A DNA stretch of 64,000 nucleotides from an uncultured delta proteobacterium (GCA_963804165.1 CAWDPO010000041.1:133378-197377), one strand, 5' to 3'. Shown: positions 1 through 10,293, numbered from the stretch's first letter. The notes: generated by a model from the letters alone, not told the origin. Translations and numbers: made by a program.

Positions 1-642
1 GGCGGCGATGGCGAGGGGCACCGGCATGCCGAGCGCGCGCGTGGCGGGGAAGACGGTGTATGTGTTGAAGCCGAGATCGCCGTAGCAGCCGCCATGGACC
101 GCGAGGGCGCAGTCGAGCTGAGCGGCTTCTTCATAGATCGGCCAAAAATGTTTTGCACTCAAGTGCGGACTGAGACCGTTCGATGGCAGCATGGCGCCGA
201 CCATGCCCAAGTCTTTGACGGCGCGGCGCAACTCCGTTACCGCCGCCGGAACATCCTGGAGTGGAATCAACGCGATGCCCTTCAGGCGTGGACTGAATTT
301 GAGATACTTCGCATGTAACCAGTCGTTGTAGGCTCTCGCGTACGCAACCGCCCAAGGAGGAAAAGCGACTTGACCGTAAGCCAATCCTTCGGTCGGATAG
401 AGCACGCTCGATTCGAGCCCGGTCTTTTCGAGAAACTGCAGCCACTTTTCCGGACCGACGTTGGGATCAAATGTGCCGGGTTTGCGCTCTTCCAATCGCG
501 GTGTATGAAATCGATCGAGACTCGGCAACATACGCCGAGGATTCATGTGACCAGTGGTTTTAAATGGCTCGCCGACGTAGCTGATCATTTCGTCGACCTT
601 TTCCATCACATGACCGTCGCAATCGACGTATTTGTTCGGCAT
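1..642 (-). CDS. Amidohydrolase family protein (Amidohydro_2), 3' end cut off by window edge
   Basis: Manual translation from ATG at 642 gives MPNKYVDCDGHVMEKVDEM...SVLYPTEGLAYGQV...AYNDWL, a close paralog of 724..1752. Absent from the ORF track because it has no stop in the window. Confidence 0.85.
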   Translation of the reverse strand, partial: MPNKYVDCDGHVMEKVDEMISYVGEPFKTTGHMNPRRMLPSLDRFHTPRLEERKPGTFDPNVGPEKWLQFLEKTGLESSVLYPTEGLAYGQVAFPPWAVAYARAYNDWLHAKYLKFSPRLKGIALIPLQDVPAAVTELRRAVKDLGMVGAMLPSNGLSPHLSAKHFWPIYEEAAQLDCALAVHGGCYGDLGFNTYTVFPATRALGMPVPLAIAA

Positions 643-661
643 TGATCCTCCGTTACGAAAT

Positions 662-685
662 GGGGCGACCGCCGGTCGCCCCTAC
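662..685. repeat. REP-like GTAG-capped palindrome
   Basis: GGGGCGACC-GCC-GGTCGCCCC-TAC (reverse complement GTAGGGGCGACC...), intergenic. Confidence 0.7.
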
Positions 686-723
686 GGGTTTAGTTCTCTA
701 TGCTCAGTGCGGTTTTAAATCTC

Positions 724-1752
724 TCATATCTTATAAAACTGCCGCGCGTTGTCGCCCAAGATCGCCGCTTTATGCTCCTGCTTCAAATCAGCGCGCTCGA
801 TGATCTCGTTGATCTCCTCCATGCAGTTGCCAAGGGATATCTCGTGAGGAAAGTCCGAGGCGAACATGAATGGCGCCGGGCCGACCCGTTCGATGGCGTA
901 GGCGAGGGCTTTTTCATTGCCTTCGCAGCCGACGAAAATGCGCCCGCTTTTGAAATAGTCTTCGGGTTTCTGCTTCAAGTGGAGTCCGCCGTATTCAAGT
1001 TCTCGGTCGAGGCGATCGATGACGATCGGGATCCACGCCGTACCACCTTCGAGAAAACCAATGCGCAATTTTGGAAATTGATCGAGCATGCCTTCGACGA
1101 TCATGCCGGTGGCTGCGATGGCGAGCGGGAACGGCATGCCCAGCGCGCGCGTGGCAGAAAAGACGCCAAATGAGTTGAAGCCCAAATCGCCGTAGCAGCC
1201 GCCGTGCACGGCCAGCGCGCAATCGAGTTTCTCCGCTTCTTCATAGATCGGCCAATATTCCTTCGCGCCGAGATGAAATCTCAATCCGTTGGAGGGCAGC
1301 ATGGCGCCGAGCATGCCCAGTTCTTTCACTGCTCTGCGTAATTCCGCGACCGCGCTCGGCACGTCTTGCATCGGTATCAAAGCAACGCCTTTGAGCTTCG
1401 GACTGAATTTCAAATATTTTTCGTAAAGCCAATCGTTGTAACCACGGGCGTAAGCCACCGCCCAATCGACGAAAGAAACTTGACCGTAAGCTAAACCCTC
1501 GGTGGGGTAGAGCACGCTGTATTCGAGCCCGGTCTTGTCAAGAAACTCCATCCATCGCTCGGGTCCGATCGCCGGGTCAAAAGTCCCCGGCGTGCGACGC
1601 TGCAAGCGCGGCGTGTGAAAGCGATCCAAGCTCGGTACCATGCGCCGCACGTGGATTTCACCTTCGATGCCATTTTGCCTTTCGATTAACTTCGCGATTT
1701 CATCGACTCTTTCCATCACGTGACCGTCGCTATCGACGTAATGCGTCGCCAT
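724..1752 (-). CDS. Amidohydrolase family protein (Amidohydro_2, ACMSD/LigJ-like)
   Basis: DSDGH metal motif, YNDWL, LAVHGG, FLEGG, FASDFPH. Confidence 0.9.
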   Translation of the reverse strand: MATHYVDSDGHVMERVDEIAKLIERQNGIEGEIHVRRMVPSLDRFHTPRLQRRTPGTFDPAIGPERWMEFLDKTGLEYSVLYPTEGLAYGQVSFVDWAVAYARGYNDWLYEKYLKFSPKLKGVALIPMQDVPSAVAELRRAVKELGMLGAMLPSNGLRFHLGAKEYWPIYEEAEKLDCALAVHGGCYGDLGFNSFGVFSATRALGMPFPLAIAATGMIVEGMLDQFPKLRIGFLEGGTAWIPIVIDRLDRELEYGGLHLKQKPEDYFKSGRIFVGCEGNEKALAYAIERVGPAPFMFASDFPHEISLGNCMEEINEIIERADLKQEHKAAILGDNARQFYKI

Positions 1753-1940
1753 TTTCGTTCCCGCCTTTCGATTGATCTGTGTCCTGCATAGTGAAGGTGT
1801 GGGCTACCTGTCAATAGATGAGTAGCGAGCGGACCATCTCAGTTGACGTGACGCTAGGCTGCTCGTTGCTTTGAACTATTACGAAACGCTTGTCACCGGG
1901 GCGGTTCCTGGTTTATTGCTAGGCGAAAGGAGACCGGGGC

Positions 1941-2753
1941 ATGCCTTATGTCAAAGCGAAAGACGGTGTCGACATCTACTACGAGGTCTCCGGCCACGGC
2001 ACGCCGTTTTTGTTTTTGAGCGAGACCGCCTGCGACGGCGCGGTGTGGAATCTCTATCAAGCGCCGGAGTTTGCCCGCGACCATCGCGTGGTCATCCTCG
2101 ATTATCGGGGCACGGGTTTATCCGGTAAACCGTCGATCAGCTATAGCACCGACGTGTTCGCTGATGATGCCGCCTCGGTTCTCGACCATCTTAGCCTCGA
2201 GGGTGCGGTCGTTTGCGGTCATTCGATGGGCGGCAGAGTTGCGCAGCTTCTTGCTCTCAATTATCCGCGCAAAGTTAGCAAATTGATCCTTGCGTCGAGC
2301 GGCGCGGCGCACCCAGGCGATCGCGGCATCCCACTGCGGATCGCCAAGGAAATGGTCGAGATGGGCTACGAAAGATACGTGCGTGAGCACACCATCGTCG
2401 TCGGCTGGACGGAGGTCTACGGCCGCAATCACATGAACCTGATCGAAAAATATCTCCAGGTGCGCATGGCCAATCTCTGCCCGGTGGAGTTTTACTTCCG
2501 CCATGTGCTGGCGCGCCAGGAGCACGACACCAACGGTCGGCTGAAAGATATCAAAGTCCCGACCTTGATCTTCGTCGGCGACGACGATCATTTCGTCGTC
2601 AGCGACATGTCGCACCGCAGCGGCGCCGATATTCTCGCGAACGGTATTCCGAATTCGAAGCTGGTCGTTTTGCCCGGCGAGCGGCACAGCTATTTTTACA
2701 CCGAGCCGGAGCAGGTTCACGACATGATTCGAGCGTTCCTCAAGGAAGGTTAA
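1941..2753 (+). CDS. Alpha/beta hydrolase (PcaD/enol-lactonase-like)
   Basis: GHSMGG nucleophile elbow, DYRGTGLS, C-terminal His; RBS AAGGAG. Confidence 0.9.
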   Translation: MPYVKAKDGVDIYYEVSGHGTPFLFLSETACDGAVWNLYQAPEFARDHRVVILDYRGTGLSGKPSISYSTDVFADDAASVLDHLSLEGAVVCGHSMGGRVAQLLALNYPRKVSKLILASSGAAHPGDRGIPLRIAKEMVEMGYERYVREHTIVVGWTEVYGRNHMNLIEKYLQVRMANLCPVEFYFRHVLARQEHDTNGRLKDIKVPTLIFVGDDDHFVVSDMSHRSGADILANGIPNSKLVVLPGERHSYFYTEPEQVHDMIRAFLKEG

Positions 2754-2812
2754 GATAGCTTACGTTAGTAAATTTAGACGGCTCAAAAAATTGATCTTTT
2801 ACGGAGGATGCC

Positions 2813-4132
2813 ATGGCATACGCGGCAAAAGGTAGAACGAAAGAGTTTCCGGTGTTCGATTGCGACAGTCACATTTACGAGCCCCCGGAGATCTGGGACA
2901 AATATATTCCGCAGAACAACCGCGAATTCGCCAAGACGTGTTTTTACCGAGATGCGGACCGACTGTTCTTGGTGCGCAACGGCAAAATCAGCTTCAGAGA
3001 TCCCGACAAGTGGAAATATCCCGGCGAAACGTGGCATCCGGGCTTGACGAAGAAGATCATCGGTGAGACGCAGCCGGGAACCAAAGATTGGGATGAAAAA
3101 ATAGGCAGGAACAAAAGCGCCAGGGACCCGCACGCGCGATTGAAAGACATGGACGCCGCCGGCATCGACCAGGTGATGATTTTCCCGTCGACGTTTGTCT
3201 ATTTGCCACTGGTCGAGAACGCCGACGCAGCGTACATCTGCGCGCGGGCCTATAACGATTGGGCCTACGATTACTGCAGCGCAGACAAAAGACGCCTCTA
3301 TCCGGCGGCGGTCTTGCCGGTTCAAAATGTGGACTACGCTATCGAAGAGCTGCGGCGCGTGTCCAAACGCGGCTTCAAATCCGCTTTGGTTCGGCCGATT
3401 ATCGCCCAGGGCAAATATCCGACGTTTCCTGAGTTCGATCCGCTGTGGCGCGAGTTCGAAGAACTCGGCGTGGTGCTCGGCATGCACACGTTTCCATCCC
3501 GGGGCGAGGCGATGTCGCCTGAGTTGGGTGAGCGCATGGGCGCGAACCGCAAACGTTTGTTCGGCGACGAAGATTTAATGGTTTATTCGCCGGGACAGTT
3601 CGTGGCGAACATCATGCAGATCATGGGCTCCAAACAGGCCGGCGATGCGGCCTATGGGTTTATCGCCGAGGCGATGACCTGGACCGGTGTCGTGCTCATG
3701 ACCGGCTGGCTGGAAAAGTTTCCGCGTTTGAAAGTCGCGATCCTCGAATCCAACTCAAGTTGGCTGCCGCTGGTGTTGGAGAAGGCCGAAACTTATCTCG
3801 ATCTGTACAAGCATTTGGGCGAGAAGATCGGCGATCCGCACGACGTGTTTTATAAACATTGTTTTATCGCGTTCGAAAGCGATGAAATCATCACTCTGCG
3901 CTTATGGGATCTCTACGAGAACATCGCGCTCTGGTCTTCGGACATGCCGCATCTCGATGCGTCGGATGTTTGGGAAGCGATCGACAACATGAACAAATGG
4001 AAAGTGCCGCAGAACGTGCAGGAAAAAATGCTCGGCGGCAACGCCAGGCGCTTGTACGGCATCGAGCCGGAGCTCGTGGTCACTAAGGCGCCGGACGAAT
4101 ATCAGCCGCAGACGATGTCGCGGCACGCGTGA
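2813..4132 (+). CDS. Amidohydrolase family protein (Amidohydro_2)
   Basis: DCDSH, RLKDMDAAGID, AYNDW, WSSDMPH. Confidence 0.9.
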   Translation: MAYAAKGRTKEFPVFDCDSHIYEPPEIWDKYIPQNNREFAKTCFYRDADRLFLVRNGKISFRDPDKWKYPGETWHPGLTKKIIGETQPGTKDWDEKIGRNKSARDPHARLKDMDAAGIDQVMIFPSTFVYLPLVENADAAYICARAYNDWAYDYCSADKRRLYPAAVLPVQNVDYAIEELRRVSKRGFKSALVRPIIAQGKYPTFPEFDPLWREFEELGVVLGMHTFPSRGEAMSPELGERMGANRKRLFGDEDLMVYSPGQFVANIMQIMGSKQAGDAAYGFIAEAMTWTGVVLMTGWLEKFPRLKVAILESNSSWLPLVLEKAETYLDLYKHLGEKIGDPHDVFYKHCFIAFESDEIITLRLWDLYENIALWSSDMPHLDASDVWEAIDNMNKWKVPQNVQEKMLGGNARRLYGIEPELVVTKAPDEYQPQTMSRHA

Positions 4133-4139
4133 GCTGCAT

Positions 4140-4177
4140 GTTGAAAACGTTCAAGCCGTTCAAATCGTTCAAACCGT
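4140..4177. repeat. 9-bp tandem repeat array (GTTCAANNC-type, 4 units)
   Basis: GTTGAAAAC GTTCAAGCC GTTCAAATC GTTCAAACC GT. Confidence 0.85.
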
Positions 4178-4194
4178 AGGGGGCATTGAATTGC

Positions 4195-4223
4195 GTAAGG
4201 GCGCAGCATGCTGCGCCCTCTAC
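4195..4223. repeat. REP-like palindrome
   Basis: GTAAGGGCGCAGC-AT-GCTGCGCCCTCTAC, between convergent genes. Confidence 0.7.
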
Positions 4224-5216
4224 CGTTTGTAGAGCTGCTTCACGAAGCCCGTGGCTTCGACTTCGCGCACCAGGCTTGCGTCGACGAACGCGCGCGGGAT
4301 CGGCGGCGGCGGCCTTGGGGTCGCGCGGCGCCATGTCATCGAGTAACGTTTTCACACCTTCCGGAGTCGGCAGTAAGTTATCGGGATAGGCCGCCGTGTA
4401 GGTTTGCCAAGCGCGCTCGAGACCTTCCTGATCAGATATGCGCAGATACTTGCCCCAGATCGCTTTAGATTCTTCTTTGTTGGTTTTGTTGAAGTGAATC
4501 GCCTCGATCATCGCGCGCGTGAATTTTAGTAGCAGCGGCCGCTTGGCTTTGACGATCGCCTCGCGCGACAGTACGCCGTTCCACCAAAAGGGAATCTTCA
4601 ACGACCCGATATCGAACAAGTGGCGAAAACCCAACTGCAATGCCTGGCGGACGAACGGTTCGGGCATGATCGTGAAGTTGATGACCCCTTTAGTCAGAGC
4701 GGCGAATCGTTCGGGATTGCCGCCGGCGGTGATGATCTTGGCGTCTTTATCCGGATCGATATGCAATCGGCGCAGCGCGAAGCGCAACCCCATATCCGAA
4801 GTGCTGCCGATGCGATTGACGCCGCCGATCTTGCCCTTGAGCTGGTCGGGGGCAGTAATATTTTGCTGCGCAATGATGTGATCGACAAATGTGCGGACGA
4901 TTCCCAGGATCATCACGGTATCGGCGCCGGCAAGGCGCGAGCTGACGAGCGTCGTCACCGAGATCGCCGAGACATCGATCTCGCCGGCGAGCAAAGCTTG
5001 CAAAACGATCGGGCTGGCGCTGATGCTGATGATCTCAGGCTCGACGCCATATTTTTGCAGCAGCTTCTTCTCTTGAAGCACCCATACCGCCGCGTTGGCC
5101 GGACTCGCACCGGCCCAGGCAATGCGAATTTTTTCTTGAGCGAAAAGGTCGATCGCTTGCAAGGAAGAAGCGACGAGGAGAGTTATCAGGAAAAGTTTAC
5201 CGGCCACGTTTTTCAC
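4220..5216 (-). CDS. ABC transporter substrate-binding protein (NMT1/SsuA-like), +1 frameshift near 4297
   Basis: Signal peptide, ALLAGEID, LKGKIGGVNRIGSTSD. The plausible C-terminus DPRAFVDASLVREVEATGFVKQLYKR* lies in the shifted frame, ending at 4220. Confidence 0.85.
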
Positions 5217-5266
5217 CTCGTCGTGGATCTAATCTGATTCGGTCAGCGATTCCTCGGCGATGTGAA

Positions 5267-6001
5267 CTACCCTGGCATTTCCGCGAGCAAGCGCCCGTAT
5301 CCCGGAATCCGGTGACGCAAACCGAGACACAGTTGCGTTCCCCAAGCGCGGGCTGGCCCGGCGTGGACGACGGTTAGGCCGGTGTCTTTTTCCAGGCGAT
5401 CGATGATCTCGACGGTCTTCCACGCTGAGCCAAGCATGTAGATGCCGTCAGCATCTTTGTGCTTTGCGGCGATGCGTTTCATGAATTCAAGTATTTGCTC
5501 GGGCGGCACGCTCGGAACGGCGGCGAAGGGCGAATCGATGCCTTCCATCGCCAGCACTTGGAATCCGGCATCGGTGAAATAGCGAGCGAAGACGTTGTTC
5601 ATTTTCTCCGGGAAATAACTGGCGCCAACGAACTTCTTCATGCCAAGAGTGCGCAGCGCATGCACGTGGTTCTGTCCCGACGTAAACATCTGCACGCCGT
5701 ACTTCTTTTCCCAGGCGCTAATCAGCTCCTGTTCTTTCTGATAGCCGAGCAGCATAAACGGCGGCGCACCGCTCGGACGGACGAGGTCTGCGCCCATTTT
5801 GGCGAACTCCGCCGCTTTCGCTTCATAGCCCGGCATGGACGTGCTGAACTCTTCCTCCGTGCCGCGGGTGAAGTTCATCGTCGAAGACAAAAATTTGATT
5901 TTCGCCGGTATCAACGTGTCGAGATCGAGCTCCTGACCCGCTTCGGGCCGATTGGTGGGTCGGACGGTGCCCACGAGGTATTCTTTTTGAGCTTCAGTCA
6001 T
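5267..6001 (-). CDS. Maleate isomerase/arylmalonate decarboxylase-like protein (Asp/Glu racemase superfamily)
   Basis: ALRTLGMKK..ASYF, YFTDAGFQV, ADGIYM, IDRLEKDTG, PGYGRLL pattern; RBS AGGAG before ATG 6001. Confidence 0.75.
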   Translation of the reverse strand: MTEAQKEYLVGTVRPTNRPEAGQELDLDTLIPAKIKFLSSTMNFTRGTEEEFSTSMPGYEAKAAEFAKMGADLVRPSGAPPFMLLGYQKEQELISAWEKKYGVQMFTSGQNHVHALRTLGMKKFVGASYFPEKMNNVFARYFTDAGFQVLAMEGIDSPFAAVPSVPPEQILEFMKRIAAKHKDADGIYMLGSAWKTVEIIDRLEKDTGLTVVHAGPARAWGTQLCLGLRHRIPGYGRLLAEMPG

Positions 6002-6150
6002 GATCTTTCTCCTTTGCAGATACTCAAATTGTTTGTCGGTGACCGGATCTAACCACTTGTGCGGAGTTGGCGTCAAGCGCAGCGAGGCAGATAACTGGAC
6101 AATTCCGCGGCGGACAACTATTATTCGAGCCTTCCAAGCGAATGTCTCGA

Positions 6151-6996
6151 ATGAACCCAAGAAGCATTCAAATAGGATTCATCGGCCTCGGACGCATGGG
6201 CAAGCCGATGGCCATCAACATTCTCCGCGCTGGTTTTGCTCTCACTGTTTATGATTTGCGTGAAGAGCCAGTTAGAGAATTGGCTGACCTCGGCGCTCAA
6301 GCGACCCGCTCGCCGAAGGAAGCGGCCGAAGTGGCGGATATCGTTGCAATCGCAGTCGTGGACGATGCTCAAGTAGAAGACGTGATGACAGGGCAGCGCG
6401 GCGTGCTTGAAGGCGCTCGGCCTGAAACTGTCATCGCGATCCACAGCACGATTTTGCCCCCTACGGTTCGACGACTCGCTGAAGCCGGTCATAAAAAAGA
6501 TGTCCATGTCATCGACGCGCCGGTGAGTGGGGGCGAAGCCGGCGCCAGGCAAAAGTCGCTCTGTTATATGGTCGGCGGCGAGCAGGTACTTGTCGAGCGG
6601 TGCCGCGTGGTGTTCGCCACATCCGCGTCGAATATTTTCCATATGGGTGCTCTGGGCAGCGGCGCCACGGCGAAGATGATTGTACAGGTCGTAACCTGTA
6701 TCAATATGCTGGCCGCGCATGAGGCCGAGCTGCTCGCAGGCAAATGCGATTTAGACTTCGCGACAGTGCAGAAAGTGTTGCACCTGAGCTCGGCGCAGAG
6801 CTTCGTTGCCGACAATTGGCTTGACCGGTTTAAGCTGCCTGAGGATCCAATGGAGATTCGACGCCGGCGCACGGAGGTTTTTCAGAAAAGCCTCGGGCCG
6901 GCGCTTGCGCTGGCACAGCAGCTTGGTTTGTCGCTTCCCGGCGCGACTTTAACGGAGCAGCTGTTGCCGCGAATCATGGGCATCGAAGAATCGTAG
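6151..6996 (+). CDS. NAD(P)-dependent 3-hydroxyisobutyrate/tartronate semialdehyde dehydrogenase family
   Basis: IGFIGLGRMG, DAPVSGG, GSGATAK. Confidence 0.9.
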   Translation: MNPRSIQIGFIGLGRMGKPMAINILRAGFALTVYDLREEPVRELADLGAQATRSPKEAAEVADIVAIAVVDDAQVEDVMTGQRGVLEGARPETVIAIHSTILPPTVRRLAEAGHKKDVHVIDAPVSGGEAGARQKSLCYMVGGEQVLVERCRVVFATSASNIFHMGALGSGATAKMIVQVVTCINMLAAHEAELLAGKCDLDFATVQKVLHLSSAQSFVADNWLDRFKLPEDPMEIRRRRTEVFQKSLGPALALAQQLGLSLPGATLTEQLLPRIMGIEES

Positions 6997-7036
6997 GCGA
7001 TTGGTTTTCGTCCTCCAATTAGAGAAAGACATTTAC

Positions 7037-8023
7037 ATGGGAGATCAGGTAAGAATCGCATCTGCACTTTTGTTGTTCTTCCTGTTCGCGTGGTCGAAAG
7101 AGGGATTAGCAGAAACGGTCAAAATCGCGATACCGAGCACGACACAAGCCGTGCTGCCGTTCACGATCGCGCGCGATAAAGGCTACTATCGCGCCGAAGG
7201 GTTGGACGTCGAACTCATTCTAGTGAGTGCGCCCATCGCTAGCCGCGCCTTGTTGAGCGGCGATGTCACGGTCGCTACCGTGGGAGGTGCAGGTCTACCA
7301 CCCGTTTTGCGCGGTTCGCCTTTCAAATTTTTGTTTACGACCTACCACCGGGCGATGTTTTGGCTCTATGCCAAGTCGGAGATCCGCGACGTGAAAGGGC
7401 TGAAAAATAAGCGCGTCGGCGTCTCCGGCATCGGCAGCGGCCCCGATTCATTGCTGCGGGAAATCTTGCGGCAAAATGGCCTCGACCCCAATCGCGATGT
7501 CACGGTACTGAGTCTCGGAGTGATGCCGACGATCTTTTCCGGGCTGCAAAGCGGGATCGTCGATGCCGCGATGCTTTCGCCGCCAGTTACGTTTAAGGCT
7601 CACGAGTCTGGGTTTCGTGAGTTGGTTTCATTTCCAAAGCAGGATTTGGTCGAACTGCAAGGCAGCGTCCTCGTCCGAGATGCCTCGCTGCAATCGGATC
7701 CGGCGCAGATGGAGAAATTTCTCCGCGGCACGTACAAAGGATTTCTTCACATCAAAGAAAATCGTGCGGCGACGCTTCCCTTTATCGCGCGCTATTTACA
7801 AGTTAATGACAGAGTCGCGGCTACCGCATACGATCAAGTCGTGAGACCGGCGATGACTCAAGACGGAACGCTAAGCGCGGAGATGCAAGCTAAAGCCGTC
7901 GAGCATGTGCTCAAGCGCCTCGATCTCAAGGAAGCACCGCCGTTGGCAAAGATTTTTGATTTTTCACTGACGCGGAAAGTTATGGCAGAATTGCAATCGA
8001 AGAATTGGCGGCCCGGAGCCTAG
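7037..8023 (+). CDS. ABC transporter substrate-binding protein (NMT1/SsuA-like)
   Basis: Signal peptide, KGYYRAEGLDVELI, LKNKRVGVSGIGS. Confidence 0.85.
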   Translation: MGDQVRIASALLLFFLFAWSKEGLAETVKIAIPSTTQAVLPFTIARDKGYYRAEGLDVELILVSAPIASRALLSGDVTVATVGGAGLPPVLRGSPFKFLFTTYHRAMFWLYAKSEIRDVKGLKNKRVGVSGIGSGPDSLLREILRQNGLDPNRDVTVLSLGVMPTIFSGLQSGIVDAAMLSPPVTFKAHESGFRELVSFPKQDLVELQGSVLVRDASLQSDPAQMEKFLRGTYKGFLHIKENRAATLPFIARYLQVNDRVAATAYDQVVRPAMTQDGTLSAEMQAKAVEHVLKRLDLKEAPPLAKIFDFSLTRKVMAELQSKNWRPGA

Positions 8024-8064
8024 ATTGTTGGATTGCCGTAAGTCACGAAGCGAGCATATCTACT

Positions 8065-9021
8065 ATGGCCTTGAAACTCAGCATGACGTGCGCGCTCTAC
8101 GATCGTAGCCAGCCGCTCATCGATGGCCGGATCAAACCGCGGGACATCGATTTGGACATACACGTCAATTCGGATGACCGCAGCCGGCAGCGCGACGCGC
8201 GTGAAGGAAAATTCGACATCGCCGAGTTCTTCACCGGCATCTACGTGGCCGACATCGAATATCAAACGCTCGGGCTCACGGCGATTCCCATCTTCGTCAA
8301 GCGCATGTTTCGCCACTCGTATATCTACATCAACAAACACGCCGGGATTTGCTCTCCGAGGGATCTTAATGGCAAGCGAGTCGGCACTCAGACCTGGTTC
8401 ACCACTACGGCTCTCTGGGCGCGCGGCATCTTAGAGGATGAATACGGCGTCGATCTCAGATCGATTCTATGGGTTGCCAATTGGGCAGAAAAGATCGGTA
8501 ACTGGCAACCGCCGTCGTGGCTCAAGCTTGAGATCGCGCCGCAAGGAGCGAAACTTCATGATTTGCTGATGGCTGGTGTTATCGATGCTGGGATCACTAC
8601 GGAAACTTGGGCGCCGTTCGGCCAGCCAGATATAGATTTCTTGCTGCCGAACTATGCCGACGAGGAAAGAGCTTATTTCAAAAAGACCGGCTTCTTTCCG
8701 ATCCAGCATACACTCGTGATCAAAAACACGGTGCTGGAAAAATATCCCTGGGTGGCGATGAGTATGTTCGATGCCTGGCAGGAATCGAAGCAAGAATGTT
8801 ATCGCTGGCTCGATCGGCAACGGGTGCACCAGACCGGCTTATGGTATCGATCGCTCTGGGAAGAGGAGCGCGCGATTGCCGGCCCCGATCCGTACGTGTG
8901 GGGATTCAAGAAAACGCGCGCCGAAGTGGACAAGATGCTCGATTATACGTTTCGCCAGGGCTTGGTATCGCGGAGATTTCAGCCTGAGAATGTCTTTCAT
9001 CCTAGCACGTTGGATACTTAG
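8065..9021 (+). CDS. 4,5-dihydroxyphthalate decarboxylase-like protein
   Basis: YDRSQPLIDGRI, AIPIFVKRMFRHSYIYIN, YFKKTGFFPIQH, DPYVWG. Confidence 0.75.
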   Translation: MALKLSMTCALYDRSQPLIDGRIKPRDIDLDIHVNSDDRSRQRDAREGKFDIAEFFTGIYVADIEYQTLGLTAIPIFVKRMFRHSYIYINKHAGICSPRDLNGKRVGTQTWFTTTALWARGILEDEYGVDLRSILWVANWAEKIGNWQPPSWLKLEIAPQGAKLHDLLMAGVIDAGITTETWAPFGQPDIDFLLPNYADEERAYFKKTGFFPIQHTLVIKNTVLEKYPWVAMSMFDAWQESKQECYRWLDRQRVHQTGLWYRSLWEEERAIAGPDPYVWGFKKTRAEVDKMLDYTFRQGLVSRRFQPENVFHPSTLDT

Positions 9022-9040
9022 AAGACAAAGAACTACGACT

Positions 9041-9086
9041 GTTCAAGCCGTTCAAGCAGTTCAAAACGTTCAAGCCGTTTGAACGG
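9041..9086. repeat. 9-bp tandem repeat array with one inverted unit
   Basis: GTTCAAGCC GTTCAAGCA GTTCAAAAC GTTCAAGCC then GTTTGAACGG. Confidence 0.85.
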
Positions 9087-9114
9087 AGGGCAGCGGTTCA
9101 GAGACGAGGCAAAA

Positions 9115-10248
9115 ATGGAATTTAGCGAAGTAGTTCATACCGGTCCGGGAACATTGGCCGGCCGTTATTTGCGAATGTTTTGGCAGCCGGTTTGTTGTTC
9201 CTACGAGCTTGCGTCAGGCCGAGCGCTGCCGGTCCGAATCTTAGGTGAAGACTTCACGGTCTATCGCGGCGACAGCGGCGTTCCGCACCTGGTGGGGCCG
9301 CGTTGCGCGCACCGTGGCACGCAACTTTCTGTCGGTTCGGTCGAAGGCGAGGGCATCCGCTGTTTCTATCATGGCTGGAAATACGAAGGCTCTGGGCAAT
9401 GCGTCGAGCAGCCCGCGGAAGGACAATCGTTCGCGGAAAAGGTCCGCATTCCGAGCTATCCGGTGCAAGAATACATCGGGCTCGTTTTCGCATATCTTGG
9501 AGAAGGCGAGCCGCCGCCATTGCCGCGCTATCCGAAGTTTGAAAGCCCTGATGTTTCGCTCGACGTGGCTGGGCTGCGGCGGATCTGCAACTACTTCAAC
9601 AACATCGACAATTCTTTAGACAGCGTCCACGTGCGCTTCGTGCATCAAAGGCATCGCGACTCGGTGGACGATCACGTCGTGCTTGGCGATCCGGTCATTT
9701 CCGTCGAAGAGTCGGATTGGGGCGTCAGACGCTACGTCAAATATCCCGACGGCAAGGACCTAACGTTTTTCTTCGGCATGCCGAACATCAACTTTATCAA
9801 CGGCCAAGTGGTCGATCCGGTGATCAAGCGGGCCAACGTGATTGTATTCAAGGTTCCCGTGGACGACGAAAATCATATTCACTTCGAAGTTCGCGCCATT
9901 CCGCTTACAGGCGAGAGCGGCCGTGCGTGGATCGAAGAACGGCGAGAGTGGCGTGCGCAGGCAGAAAGAGATCGGCCGGAGCTCGTCCGGGCGATTCTCT
10001 CCGGAAAACTTCGGCTCAGCGACGTGGATCCCAACCGCGTCGATTTTGTCATGTTGGAAGACGAAGTAGCTCAAACCGGCCAGGGATCGATCGCCGTGCG
10101 CAGCAACGAACACCTCGGCCGCAGCGACCGCGGCGTTTTTCTTCTGCGGAAGATTTGGGAGCGCGAGCTCAGAAACTTAGCTGAAAATCGCCCGCTCAAA
10201 CAGTGGGTTTACCGGCCGGATATGGTGCCGACGTATCCAAACACGTAA
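9115..10248 (+). CDS. Rieske non-heme iron oxygenase alpha subunit (phthalate 4,5-dioxygenase/LigX-like)
   Basis: TGPGTLAGRYLRMFWQP, CAH...CFYHGW Rieske motif, DSVHVRFVH, EHLGRSDRG. Confidence 0.9.
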   Translation: MEFSEVVHTGPGTLAGRYLRMFWQPVCCSYELASGRALPVRILGEDFTVYRGDSGVPHLVGPRCAHRGTQLSVGSVEGEGIRCFYHGWKYEGSGQCVEQPAEGQSFAEKVRIPSYPVQEYIGLVFAYLGEGEPPPLPRYPKFESPDVSLDVAGLRRICNYFNNIDNSLDSVHVRFVHQRHRDSVDDHVVLGDPVISVEESDWGVRRYVKYPDGKDLTFFFGMPNINFINGQVVDPVIKRANVIVFKVPVDDENHIHFEVRAIPLTGESGRAWIEERREWRAQAERDRPELVRAILSGKLRLSDVDPNRVDFVMLEDEVAQTGQGSIAVRSNEHLGRSDRGVFLLRKIWERELRNLAENRPLKQWVYRPDMVPTYPNT

Positions 10249-10293
10249 CGATGCTTTGGTTCTTGCTTAGAGTAAACGATAAATTGCGTTCGG

